Positions 13,049 through 23,879 of a stretch of 64,000 bases of DNA are shown here, one piece after another. Source of the DNA: Plasmodiophora brassicae (lineage: Eukaryota); the NCBI GenBank assembly GCA_036867785.1, contig CP145415.1:558001-622000 (forward strand), written 5' to 3'. Position numbers and translations under genes: made by a program. Below the pieces are notes generated by a model. It did no database searches. It had not been told where the DNA came from and was given only the letters and a program-made list of their open reading frames with translations. The first letter of the stretch is position 1, and each line of letters starts with the position of its first letter.

Positions 13049-14019
13049 ATGCCTCCGTATAACCGGTTTATATACGCCGTGCTGGGCGAGAAGTCGACGT
13101 CCGCCATGATGGACGTGTCGGTCTACTTCATGATGATGTCCTGCGTCCTCACGATTGTGAAGTGCGTCCCGCCGTTGTACAAGAACTGCCGTGAACGCAG
13201 CACCAGGTCGATCGATCCGCGTATGGTGGCCCTGTGGGTCGCTGCAGACGCGCTGTGCCTCGTCTCCTGCCTGGTCAAGCGGAGCAATATGGCCATGACG
13301 GCGCTGGCCGTTATCTTAGTCGTCCAGGACTGCCTGCTGGGTGCCCAGCTGGCCTACTTCACGTACGTTAGGCGCCCACCCGGAGCATCGAAGGCAAAGA
13401 GTACCCGTTTGTCATTGAAGGGCGCGTTACGACCTGTCGCCCTACTGTCCTGTGTGCTTGTGACCGCTGGCTCGCCGCTCTATGCCTCCTTCTCGTGTTC
13501 GCCGTCGTCTTCACCGTCGCGGGCGCTGCTGTCAGCGGATGCGGTGACGGTGGCAACATGGCGACTGACGCTGGGAACGATCCTGATGGCGGTGTCCGCT
13601 GCCCTGTCCATTAGTTCACGACTGCCAACTTTGGTAACGAACTTCAAGACTCGGGTCGCTCCTCCGGTGTCCTTCCTCATGTACGTCCTGCTCGTACTCA
13701 CTAATGCCTGCTTCGCTGTCCACGTTCTGCTGAAGAGCCTCTGTGATGGATGGACCTCACACGATGTTCCCGCGTACTGTGTCTCGTTTGGTAATTGCAC
13801 GACCTCGTTTCTGGATGCCTGTTGTGCCACTGACGCTTCGCAGGATGCTGTGTCCTCGACGCAATCGTCGTGTTTCAGCTGGCAACGTACCGCCAAGCTG
13901 CTTCACGTGACATCGAGAATGGGCGGTCAGCCATCCATCGGCAGACTAGTTGGTCGACGATGTCATCCAGTACGACCATGGCCGGGGCTGTTAGGCGCCC
14001 GCCTTCGCCTACACTATGA
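13049..14019 (+). CDS. PQ-loop family membrane transporter with diverged PQ motifs
   Basis: Two repeats of the PQ-loop pattern (CVPPLYKNCRERST..LWVAADALCL; SSRLPTLVTNFKTR..LLVLTNACF) with several hydrophobic helices. An intron at about 13791-13843 gives a C-terminus ending at TGA 14017-14019. Confidence 0.7.
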
Positions 14020-14457
14020 CCATAAACACTATACGGTGGTATCTGGGAAATATATGTCGTACTGTGGGTCTCAACGAGGTTCGAGACAGTAATTGCGACG
14101 GGGACCTGAAGGTCTATGCTGGTACATAGGTAGAGGCATGCCCATATGGGGTCTGCAGGCGGGCCATCCGTGATCCAGAGTCTGAATGCCAGGTAGGACA
14201 GGCTGATCAAGCGCCTTCAGCCTGTAACCGCGTGCCGTTGGAGGGGCGTGCCGAGGGTGTTCGCCTCCGGGTCAACATCGGCCAGGCCATATCGACCCAT
14301 TCCGATACGAACGCAACCGAATGATCTATGCTCGCTACTGCCGTTCTGTTTTGAACATCATCAAGCAGCCCCCGACCCGCATGTCCAGGTGGCGATCAAG
14401 GACCAGCCGGCTGCATGTTCCTGTTCTAGTAGTGTTGTAATGTAAAACTTCCGACAA

Positions 14458-14720
14458 TCAACGATGAGGAACAACGTTGTCTAGAGTGGCGCCAATGCCC
14501 GCTGATACGCAGGCCTTCAAGCGGCATTCGACAATGTGCCTGGCATGGCCGGTTTCGAAGGCAGTATTGACGGCGCAGGACGGGCAGGCCATGAGCGAAG
14601 AGGGACAAGAAGGTCGCGAACGCCGCCAATGCCAATCGATTCGCACGTCGCCAGGTCGCATTCGACAATGCGTCCGGCATGGGTTCGCTGGAGAGCATCG
14701 ACGGCATGGGGAGGTAATCG
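14458..14720. repeat. Diverged tandem duplication (134-bp period) at the 3' end of the arginine deiminase gene
   Basis: The shared core gcattcgacaatg occurs at 14524 and 14658. Translations are HAGRIVECDLATCESIGIGGVRDLLVPLR and HARHIVECRLKACVSAGIGATLDNVVPHR, in different frames. Confidence 0.85.
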
Positions 14721-17411
14721 TGACAGCACGCCGTCGGAAGCAACAAGTACTTGGTCCCCTTTCCGAGTTGTCATTTCGACCATTCCCAAACAGTCGTCGT
14801 CGACGTCAACTACAGCATGGTCGGGAAGGCGGCGCTTGATAGCATCGACTGCACCGTCTGCGAGCATGCGCCTCCTGACGAGGACGACACCAGTGCAGAT
14901 GAAGAGCAACCGTACAAGCGGGAGGTCAACGCCTTGCACAAGATCGATGAACACGAGCTTCATGCCGACATCGGCTGCCCACGATTCCAACACGTCGTTG
15001 CCCTTGAAAGCCGAGGATATGAACCCGTCATTCTGGAAGATGACAAGATCAAGACCGCCGCGGAGCGCTTTAACAGGACACTGGATTGGCAATTCGGTGA
15101 AAGCATAGGACAGGCACGAGGTAACCGCTTTGGATTGCAGTGCAGAGCAGCACGAGAATAGTACGAGCTGCGAGTTGAACGTAGAGATGAACGCCGATGG
15201 GCTGATGCGATGCTCGTTGGACTTGAAATACGATTCTTCACGCCCGATGACGTGGATATGCCCCATGTTAAGTGCCTGGAGCATCAAATGCAGCGCAGAC
15301 ACTTCTTTGAGAACCATCACCTGGACATCACGTGCCTTGAGGTTCTTCAGATCCTCTCCACGCGAACCACAATCCCTGAAGATAAGAGCCGCATCTTCAG
15401 GGACGAACAGAACTGCGGCCGGACGTTCATCTTTCAGTACTGCTCACAGGACGACGACTGTCAGCAGTCGTTCGGGTCATCGTTACCTAACCAAATACCG
15501 ACCTGGCAAAGGAGAACAAGGCTTGATGCTGTATGGGAGCCTTGCAGATTTACCATGCGACGAACGACGACGAACCACCTGAGACGTGCAATGTAGCGAG
15601 CCATACATGCTGGACACGTTACGGTAGTCGACGACGTTTATGGTTCCCTGTACACGTCATCAGCTCGTCGACGCACCATCACGCAGGCTGACGTTCTATA
15701 CACACCTTGAAATGAGGGTTGCGGGCCAACAGTCTGGCTGATTCCCTGTGCATCATGATAAGGTTTGAGTTGCCCAAGTTGAGACAGCTGATGAGCATGT
15801 GTTAAATGTTGCACTCCCGCGGTACAAGTACACGTGGGCCATACTTGATGCCGTAGAGCAACTGGTAGGGCTCAGGGATGCTTTGAATGTGGAACGAACG
15901 CGCTCGTAAATATGTTGAAAACTCAACATCACTCCGCGTCATCGCGTAACGAGACGTCGCTGGATCCCTTGTATATTCGGTGACGAGGCGTCGAGTAAGA
16001 GAACGTGGGTTCTGATAAAGCGGAATGAGAAACAAACAGAAACGGTATGCCTTCAGGCTGCGTATAGGACGCACATCAATGGTTTCAGTCAGAAGGACCA
16101 GGTCATCTCCGACGATGTTGAAACAGCAGTCGAGATGCATGCGGTCCTGGCTTCGGTCGAACATGTCGCGAACCTCGACGACATAATCGCAACCGACCAA
16201 GTCCCCTTCCAGCAATTGAGTGATCGCCAAGGAATTGGTTCGGAGGCCGGTGCCCACGAAACATGTATCGCCTGCCATGAAAAAGTCTCCCCCTGCAATG
16301 ATGTTACCAGATGATGATTGATCGATGCCTCGGTTGATGCTGACCCTCCAGTGTTGCCGGTGACGTTATTCTGCCGATAACAGGCGCTCCCAGGTTCTCC
16401 ATTACCTCCACCATTAAGTCAACTTCGCCAGCGCGTTGCTTTGCAGCCATGTTCGCCATCACGATGCCCTTCTTCGTGGTAATTTGCTGGTCCTATGGCG
16501 TCACCATCAGTTGCACGCAGGCGGACGCATATTGCACGAATCCGACTCTTGTAAAGATCAGGTTTCCCAGCGGATTCATTGAGTGTTCAACCGCAATCTG
16601 TTCGATGATCAGTTTTCCACCGTGCAAAGTTCGATGAAAGTAGTCAACCGACCATTGTCGTGTCTCTATGAGACCTGTCAAGAGTAACGGTTGGGCACGT
16701 TAGGATCACCTGTACAAGCTGGCTGGCATTCATCCGCTCGATGCACTCCAGTTTGTACTCGTCCGATAAATAGAACGCTTCTTCGCGAGTCAGAGAGGAT
16801 GCGTCGCACTTTGGCGACAGCCGGTATGTCAGCTGTTTCAATGCCAGGTCCTGGACAACAATCAGCAAGCGATAGCAACGGTGGAAATCATACGAACCTC
16901 GAGACGCATTCGCTTCTTCATATCGAATTTTTCGCCTTTGAAACAGTGTTGGGACAGAACCTAGTATTGGTGAGCATAGGTCAAAGTCAAGTGACCGGGC
17001 GCCTTCCGTACGTCTTCGACTTTGACGACCTTGACGCCGAAGCTCTCCATTGCACGAACGAAACATTGATGTTCGGTACGAGCGCTCTCCAGGTCAAAAG
17101 GCTGTTCGTGCAGCTTACCGCACGGGTGCAGGTTCCCCAAGAAGTTCGCAGCGGAATTCGGCTCTGGTAGCAATTAATACGTGCGTCCCACACGATCGCC
17201 GACAGTGCGAAGCACCTTGCACGACGCACATGACTGCTTCGTCATTCTCATGGGCTTGGTATACGACGATCCCGTCATGGCCGTCGACGCCCTCGCCCAT
17301 GATGCTCTTCAGGTTGATGTCGCCGCACTCGCTGTCGACCTTGCCGTTACACAGGGCCCCAGTGCAGCTGCTGCTGCTGCTGCTGGACGGACGTCGGTCC
17401 TCCATCGTCAT
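14517..17411 (-). CDS. Arginine deiminase (eukaryotic type) with a C-terminal second amidinotransferase-like domain
   Basis: Multi-exon. Motifs QAHENDEA, GNLHPCGKLHEQPF, NPLGNLIFTR|DQQITTKKGIV, GDTCFVGTGLRTN, QDRMHLDC, and MYGSLHCTSQV with the catalytic Cys (about 15575-15610). An intron links it to ORF 14517-15320. Confidence 0.85.
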
Positions 17412-17822
17412 CCGACACACCACACTGTGACCCGCACGCACAGCGGCGACTCGCGTGTCGCGATGCCACCGAGACCCTCGACTCGGAGCACCCCCAAAAA
17501 CACTCGCTCCGCAAGGTGTGAACACTTTATTCTGCGAAACACACTCACGAAAGCCATTATCGATATCCAATGCAGCCTGTCCCTATTCTTTGTGAGAAGT
17601 GCAGCGCAACGCGCAAACGTTCACAGGACGTTCAGACTCACCGTGACGTAGACGGTGCGGAGCGTCAGGAAGCGACACAGGTACAATGATACGCCGTCCT
17701 CCCGTCGACCGGCCCTGGATCGAGAACATGTCCGCCGGTCTGCCAATATGGTTTCACGAGTTGAGCCGTGCGATTCTGTGCAATGTATTGTGTTGTGAAG
17801 CTGACTGCGAAAATAGATTGAG

Positions 17823-19137
17823 TTAGAAATCCTCGAATTCGGGGGTCGTATTGACGTTCCGTTGGACCCAATCCATGTCGAATAGGGATAGGTCAGTGTC
17901 CCCGGTGAAGTCTGCGATGAATGGTGGAGGTACCCTCTCCTGCGCCAGCGCATCCCAGTCGATATCGGAGAACCATTCGTGATTTTTGACTTCATGTGCG
18001 CCTCTAGAGCCTGAGACGTTGCTGTCAGAACCATGAATGAGGGTCATTGGTTCACTGATGGGAGATACCTAGACGGGATTCTGGCGATTGGCAAAGAAGA
18101 CCCCGGATAATGTTCTGAACGGCAACTGATAAGACGTCCGAACTGATATCGAGACTCCGACTGAAGATTCGCTCCCACTGAGTGGGGAAGTCTCCATCTC
18201 GAAACTCGAACGGGACTTTTTTGAACAGCATTTGGTAGATGACAACACCAAGGGACCACCAATCGACCGAATGATCGTAGTCCTTGCCTTTATATATCTG
18301 TCATAAATATTATCAGCATAGAAGTAGGAATGATCATGGTTACAGTAAAGCACCTCGGGAGCCATGTACTCCGGCGTGCCAAGAAACGAACGCGTGCGCG
18401 CACCGGCAGCGAGTCTCTTACTGAAGCCGGCATCAGTCAAGCGTACCTGGCCCGTCGTCGTCAGGAGAACATTCTGCAGCTTTAGGTCTCGATAGATGAT
18501 CCCCCTCTCGTGCATCTGTTCCAGAGCAAGGACAATACTTGCAGCATAGAACTTGGCATGCCGCTCTTGTAGAGGACCGTCGTACAAGACCAGCTGCTCA
18601 CCGTGTTATCAAGGCATTGCCAGCAGTGGGACAGCACCGAACAAACCTCGTACAGTTCGCCGCCTTGACAGAACTCCATGACCAGGTACTCGTAGGAGGA
18701 GTCCGACATCGAGCAGTAGAGCTTGACGACGAAAGAGATGCCTTGCATCAACCTCAGCATTTGTGGTTCGTTGGCAATTGCGGTCGGCGTCTGCATCCAC
18801 GATTTCGGGATCTGTCAGAAACCAGGATTTAGTCGAATAATCAATTAGCCGCAACCGAAATTATCAGACCCGTTTGATTGCGAATACTTGTCGAGTTCTA
18901 ATATGTCGTGCCAAGAACACAAAACTGGTCATTCCGTGCCCCACCACTGCGATTTTCTCGAAATCGCCCTTTCGACATTCAGATAGGGCTCGCACAGGCG
19001 CTGACGAGATCACGCTTGTCGCAAACGTCTGCAAGGACCAATGAGATGTTGCTCGACTGCGCCCACCTGTTTGGGCTCACAGCTAGTGCGACGAAGACGA
19101 CTGAACGATGCACGAGGTGCAGCTGATGGCGCGGCAT
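17823..19137 (-). CDS. AGC-group (PKA-like) Ser/Thr kinase with a predicted N-terminal signal peptide
   Basis: Spliced model: [46 protein letters not shown]|..[38 protein letters not shown]|..[24 protein letters not shown]. Confidence 0.88.
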
Positions 19138-20228
19138 TCCGATCGCGATCATCCCAGCGCCTTCGTCGGCCAGGCGGGTCCTGACGACCACGTCAAGATC
19201 AAATGCGGCTTGAGTCCGACGAGTGGTCCGACCTGGCCGCACTGGACAGCTTCCTAGCGGCTAGCAGTGGCGGGGAACTATTTCTGGACACAGGACCCGC
19301 GGTCAAATTGGGAGCTGCCGACACGGGTGCACAGCATGCATGAGTGACCTCTCCGCAGCATGTCGTACACTACATATCCCTAAGGATACGCGATACGCGT
19401 CCGCGATCAGCGACGTGACTCTGAGCAGTTGGGTACAATTCGTCTGTTTGCTGCTGTACCGCAGCCCCGACTTGTGCCAGGAAGCCGATAACCCAGCCAA
19501 ACACTGAACAACAGAACTTGGGTTCTATGTTTAAGTCAGCGGATTAATTTTAGAACGACGGGTTCTATGTATAGTCAGTTGTATTTTCAGAAACGATGCC
19601 ACCTATACAGAACGCCAGCGACCCGACCATTTCGGTGAATGTCGTAGCGCGGCACGAGCGCCGTGGTACTTCGGAATAGGCGATCGAATCTGGTCGATGC
19701 GCTCCAGCCACGACGTAGAACGCGAAAATGACCCTCGGCGACATTGCCATAGTGGACCTTAGCAGCGCAGTCAACTTGCATGGACAACTAGTCCTTGCGT
19801 AGATATGTGTCGTAGTCTATGTCCTCTGCCGTCTGTGTGCCAATAAAGTCGTGCCTTGTGGTGACTGTGTGTACTGAGATCAACATGCACGGGGAGACCC
19901 GATCATGGCCTCCACCACGCTCCGTTCGCGACCAATACAGTTCGCATCATCCACAGCGTTCCTGAGCTCCCACTTCCCTAACAGCTCGCAACGGGCGCAC
20001 GGGCGCGTCCACGATCTGGATATCCGACCTCGACCTGGCCTCTGGTCCGGACGCTCCAGCCGATCATTACAATTGCTGAACGCAGAAGGGGGGCCGCGTT
20101 CGTCGCGCGTGACATGCTACACCGTTACACACTGCAGTTGACGGTCGGCGAGTCCTCTGCCGGACGGCCAATTATTAGTGGCATGCAGCTCGGCATTTTG
20201 TATTCCGCGTCGTCGGGGCAGCGGCGGC

Positions 20229-21815
20229 ATGATTGGAGGCAGGGTGCTGGTCGCCGGTGCGATTCGCCGGGCATCCGCTGCTGGTGCCGCTGGGCGCCGC
20301 GCGACCCATGTGCGTCGACGTGCGCCGTCGTCGTCGCACCCGGTCGTGCAGTACATCGATCCGCCGAGCGCCGGCGCGGCTGTGGTGACGTTGCAGCGCG
20401 AATCGGACCCGGGTCGAGGATGGGCATTGTTCGAGGTGAGCGTCGCCCACGGCGGCTGGCTCGATATTCGGTTCTTTCAGACGATGATGGGGTTTTGCCA
20501 TCGATGTCTGCCGCGCATGGCACCGAAGGTGCTTGACATCGCTGTGGCGCGTGGTATTCGCGTCTGCGATAAGCTGTTCGGCACGTTTCTGGAGGCTTGC
20601 CGCCGGTCAGACCCGCCGTTGGTTCGAGAGGCGCTGGACGCATTTTCGAAACACGGTCCACGTTCGCCCGATATCATAGCCAAGCTTGTGCATATCTGCC
20701 GGGAATCGTCCTGCCCTGATCAATCACTGTTCCTGCTGTCGGATGCTATCCAGCACCGGGTCAAGGTCAGCGAGAAACTGGTGATTCTGTTCGCCACTTG
20801 CTGCGCCGAAGCGCAGGGCAGACAGGCGGCTGAAACAGCCGAACTGCTGCTGAACCTCATGCGCACGAAGATCGTCGTTCCTCTCCGATGCCCAAAGAAG
20901 TTCCAGCGCCTTATTCACCTGCTCGTGTCGCAGGGTCGTGCCAGCTCTGCAACCGACGCCCTTTCTTACATGGAGTCGCTCGGTCTTCCCACCCAGAACG
21001 CATTCTCCCTCGTGCTGAGGGAACTCGCGCTGCGCAGTCATGTTCAGCAGGCCATGTCTGTGTTTCAAACGATGGTCGATAAGAGCATGACTGTGGGAGT
21101 GGCAGAGCTGACATTGCTCGTCACTGCTTGTGGGCGTTGCGCTGACCTTCCTGCGATTGGACGTATACAAGAGTACGCTCGTGACAAGAAGCACCCCAAT
21201 CTGGCATGTGCACTAATCGAAGCCTATGGGTCGTCTGGTCAGTTGAGCGCGGCGGAAGAACTGTTCCAGGGCCTGGATGCCCCCGACGTCCGCGCGTTTA
21301 ACGTGATCATCCAAGCGTATGGACGTAATGGTATGGCGCAGAGCGCAGCTTCCATGTTCGACCGAATGAAGAATGCCGGCGTGCAACCGGATCAGGACAC
21401 GTTGGTCGGCCTTCTGACGGCATGTGCCAGCGCTGGAGACGTCGCAGGCGCCGGCCAGTTCTTGTCAGAATTCTCCGACACTTGGCACGTCAGCCTGACC
21501 TCGGCCCACGTCAAACGCATCATCGACCTTCATGGCAAACTGGGCAACTTGGAATCAGCGGAGCGCCTCGCGCGATCATCCGCCGCCAGCGACAGCATCG
21601 AACTGTGGATGTCTGTACTGGACGCCTGCTGCAAGCACAATGATATCGCACGTGCTGAACGTGTTTTTTCTGTGATCGTGTCGCTTGGCAACGACAATCC
21701 TCCCGTCCTGACATCGGCGTACGCGCTCATGGCTGCAATCTACGATTGCAACTCCAGATCCGAACATGCGGCTGGCCTAAGGACCGCATTGAAGGAACGG
21801 GGCGTTGACGTATAA
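20229..21815 (+). CDS. Pentatricopeptide repeat (PPR) protein, probably mitochondrial
   Basis: Intronless ORF with an Arg/Ala-rich presequence. PPR motifs ALIEAYGSSGQLSAAEELF and FNVIIQAYGRNGMAQSAASMFDRMKNAGVQPDQDTLVGLLTACA. Confidence 0.9.
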   Translation: MIGGRVLVAGAIRRASAAGAAGRRATHVRRRAPSSSHPVVQYIDPPSAGAAVVTLQRESDPGRGWALFEVSVAHGGWLDIRFFQTMMGFCHRCLPRMAPKVLDIAVARGIRVCDKLFGTFLEACRRSDPPLVREALDAFSKHGPRSPDIIAKLVHICRESSCPDQSLFLLSDAIQHRVKVSEKLVILFATCCAEAQGRQAAETAELLLNLMRTKIVVPLRCPKKFQRLIHLLVSQGRASSATDALSYMESLGLPTQNAFSLVLRELALRSHVQQAMSVFQTMVDKSMTVGVAELTLLVTACGRCADLPAIGRIQEYARDKKHPNLACALIEAYGSSGQLSAAEELFQGLDAPDVRAFNVIIQAYGRNGMAQSAASMFDRMKNAGVQPDQDTLVGLLTACASAGDVAGAGQFLSEFSDTWHVSLTSAHVKRIIDLHGKLGNLESAERLARSSAASDSIELWMSVLDACCKHNDIARAERVFSVIVSLGNDNPPVLTSAYALMAAIYDCNSRSEHAAGLRTALKERGVDV

Positions 21816-21855
21816 ACCATGGCCCTTATGTTTTACGTTGCTGTGCTCCATCGCC

Positions 21856-23521
21856 TCACTGTCGAGATTCTTCTGCGGCTTGACGGCCAGCGATACGTCC
21901 GAAGACAACGCATTCAAGCAGGCTGTTGCCACCGAGACGGTTACCGCCATGGACGCCACCGGTGACCTCGCCGGCCGCGTACGCGCGTGGGATGACGCGC
22001 CCCTGCTGATCGAGAATCCGCGCTCTGGTATCGATACGGATGCCGCCCATCGTATAGTGCACGGACGGGACCACCTCCATCACGATGACCTCGTCGTTGG
22101 CCCCCGTGACCTTCTCAGGGAACACCGTCCGGCCGAACTCGTCGTCCAGATCGCCGGCGGCGCTCCTTCCGAACCTGTCCAGCGCCTCCGCAAGGGCCGC
22201 CCCGAGTTCAGTTTCGCCTGCTGACGTGAACCGGTGCGCCAGGCCACGTTTCACGTAGAACGCGATCGTGCTCTGCCCGAACCGATCGCATGCGGCCCGA
22301 TCCAGGACGAGGAACGCATGGGCCCCGTGCTGGTCCAGTATGGCTCGCGACACGACATCTCGCGTCGCGAGCTCGTTCACAAATCGTCGCCCAGCATCGT
22401 TGACAAGGATGCCACCGACGCCACGTAGCGCCTCCGGGGCCAGGAACTTCACACGCCCGGTTGGATCAGCAGCATCGACCAGCCCTACACAAGGTTGTCA
22501 GACGACGAAGGCCTGCGTGTACGCGACTACCTGTGGGATGGACCTGCACCTGGTCCATGTCGACCAGGGCGGCATTGCTGATAAGACGCAACCCATCGCC
22601 GTTCGCCCAGGGGCCGTTCGTTGTCGGCAGATCGGAGACATTCGGGGCGTGCTCGCGAAGCAGGTCGGAATTGGCAGCGAACCCGCCGGTGGTGACAACG
22701 ACCGCCTTGGCCGTTGCAGTGGAACCATCGGCGAACGACAGCACGAAGCGATCCGGTGTGGGTGACAGCGAGGCGACCGGGGAGGCCAGGCGAACGGTGA
22801 TGCGAGGCGACGACTGGATTCGGGCGATCAGAGCGGACGTGATGGCGTAGCCGACATTGGGCCCCGTCGGGTTACGATGCGTTCGCGGGAGTGAGTGACC
22901 ACCAAGCTGGGTCACACTCGACAGATCGAGGCCCGTCGACTCTTTCAGGAAGGCGAACGCGGCACGACTCTGCCGCGGTTTCAGACGGCAGACCGACGCA
23001 AAGGCAGGCCGGGTGGGAGACCTGTTCGACGAGGACCTTGACCAGGTCAGAGTTGCTGTGCCCTTTCCCGGATCGGACCGTGTCGGCTATGAAGTCGGGA
23101 ACGTCGCCCTCGTCGACGGCGGTGTTGATACCCGACGACGCTTTCGCTGAATTGCCGCCTAAGCGAGCCTACAGAGCGCTACCCCGGTCAGCACACGTAT
23201 GGCCAGGTCGCTACAGGGCGGGTGACCTCTTTGTCCACCAGCACAATGCCTGCACCGGCGGATGACGCTTCCAGGGCAGCGACCATGCCTGCCACATCCA
23301 ACGAGGGGTCAGACGTGCCGCGCGCCGGCGTGAGACTCCAGCAGACCTGCGAGGCCCCCGCCAACCACGGCGACGTCGTAGACAGGTGCCCGCATCGTCG
23401 CCATCGTCCTGGCCACGATCGCTGCGCCGATCGCCAGGGCGATGGCAACGAGGACCAGCGGCGGCGGCGCCGCCAGAATGCGGTGCGAACGCCGACGCGT
23501 CGACTCGGAGCGGCGCCGCAT
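21856..23521 (-). CDS. FAD-dependent fumarate reductase flavoprotein (Osm1/Frd1-like) with an N-terminal hydrophobic anchor
   Basis: DVAVVGGGLAG, GGNSAKASSGIN, LGGHSLPRTH, TTGGF, QVQVHPTG, EALRGVGG, HYTMGGI, GGVHGGNRLGGNSLLECVVFGR. Confidence 0.9.
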
Positions 23522-23879
23522 CTGGCGCTCGGCTCGGTATTACTACGCGGGTGCCTGTCCGTCGTCTGCCACTGACCGCCAACCAGGCGCACCCATGTGC
23601 AGGTAAAGTACCTGCACCAATCGCAAACGTTCACTCAGGTTTATCGAGGCTTGAACCCCAGTTTCGTTCCTAAGCGTTCCATGCGCGCTTTTCTTTATTG
23701 GAATGAAATGTGACGACAATGAGCAGCCATACAAAGCGAACACGGTCACACCCACGACAGCCAGTTGGTTGATAGCCCCGATTGTAAGACCGCATGTCGC
23801 TTCCGGCTGTCTCGGTTTGTCTCAATTTGTATGTTTAGCTCCGGAGTCGAGGTACGACGAACCTGTCCATTGCTGTTTT

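Noticed and set aside
17384-17406. (GCT)n microsatellite
   Set aside because: It simply encodes the poly-Ser tract at the ADI N-terminus.
19300-19900. Short ORFs upstream of the kinase
   Set aside because: No motif or consistent splice model was found, so the region is treated as intergenic.
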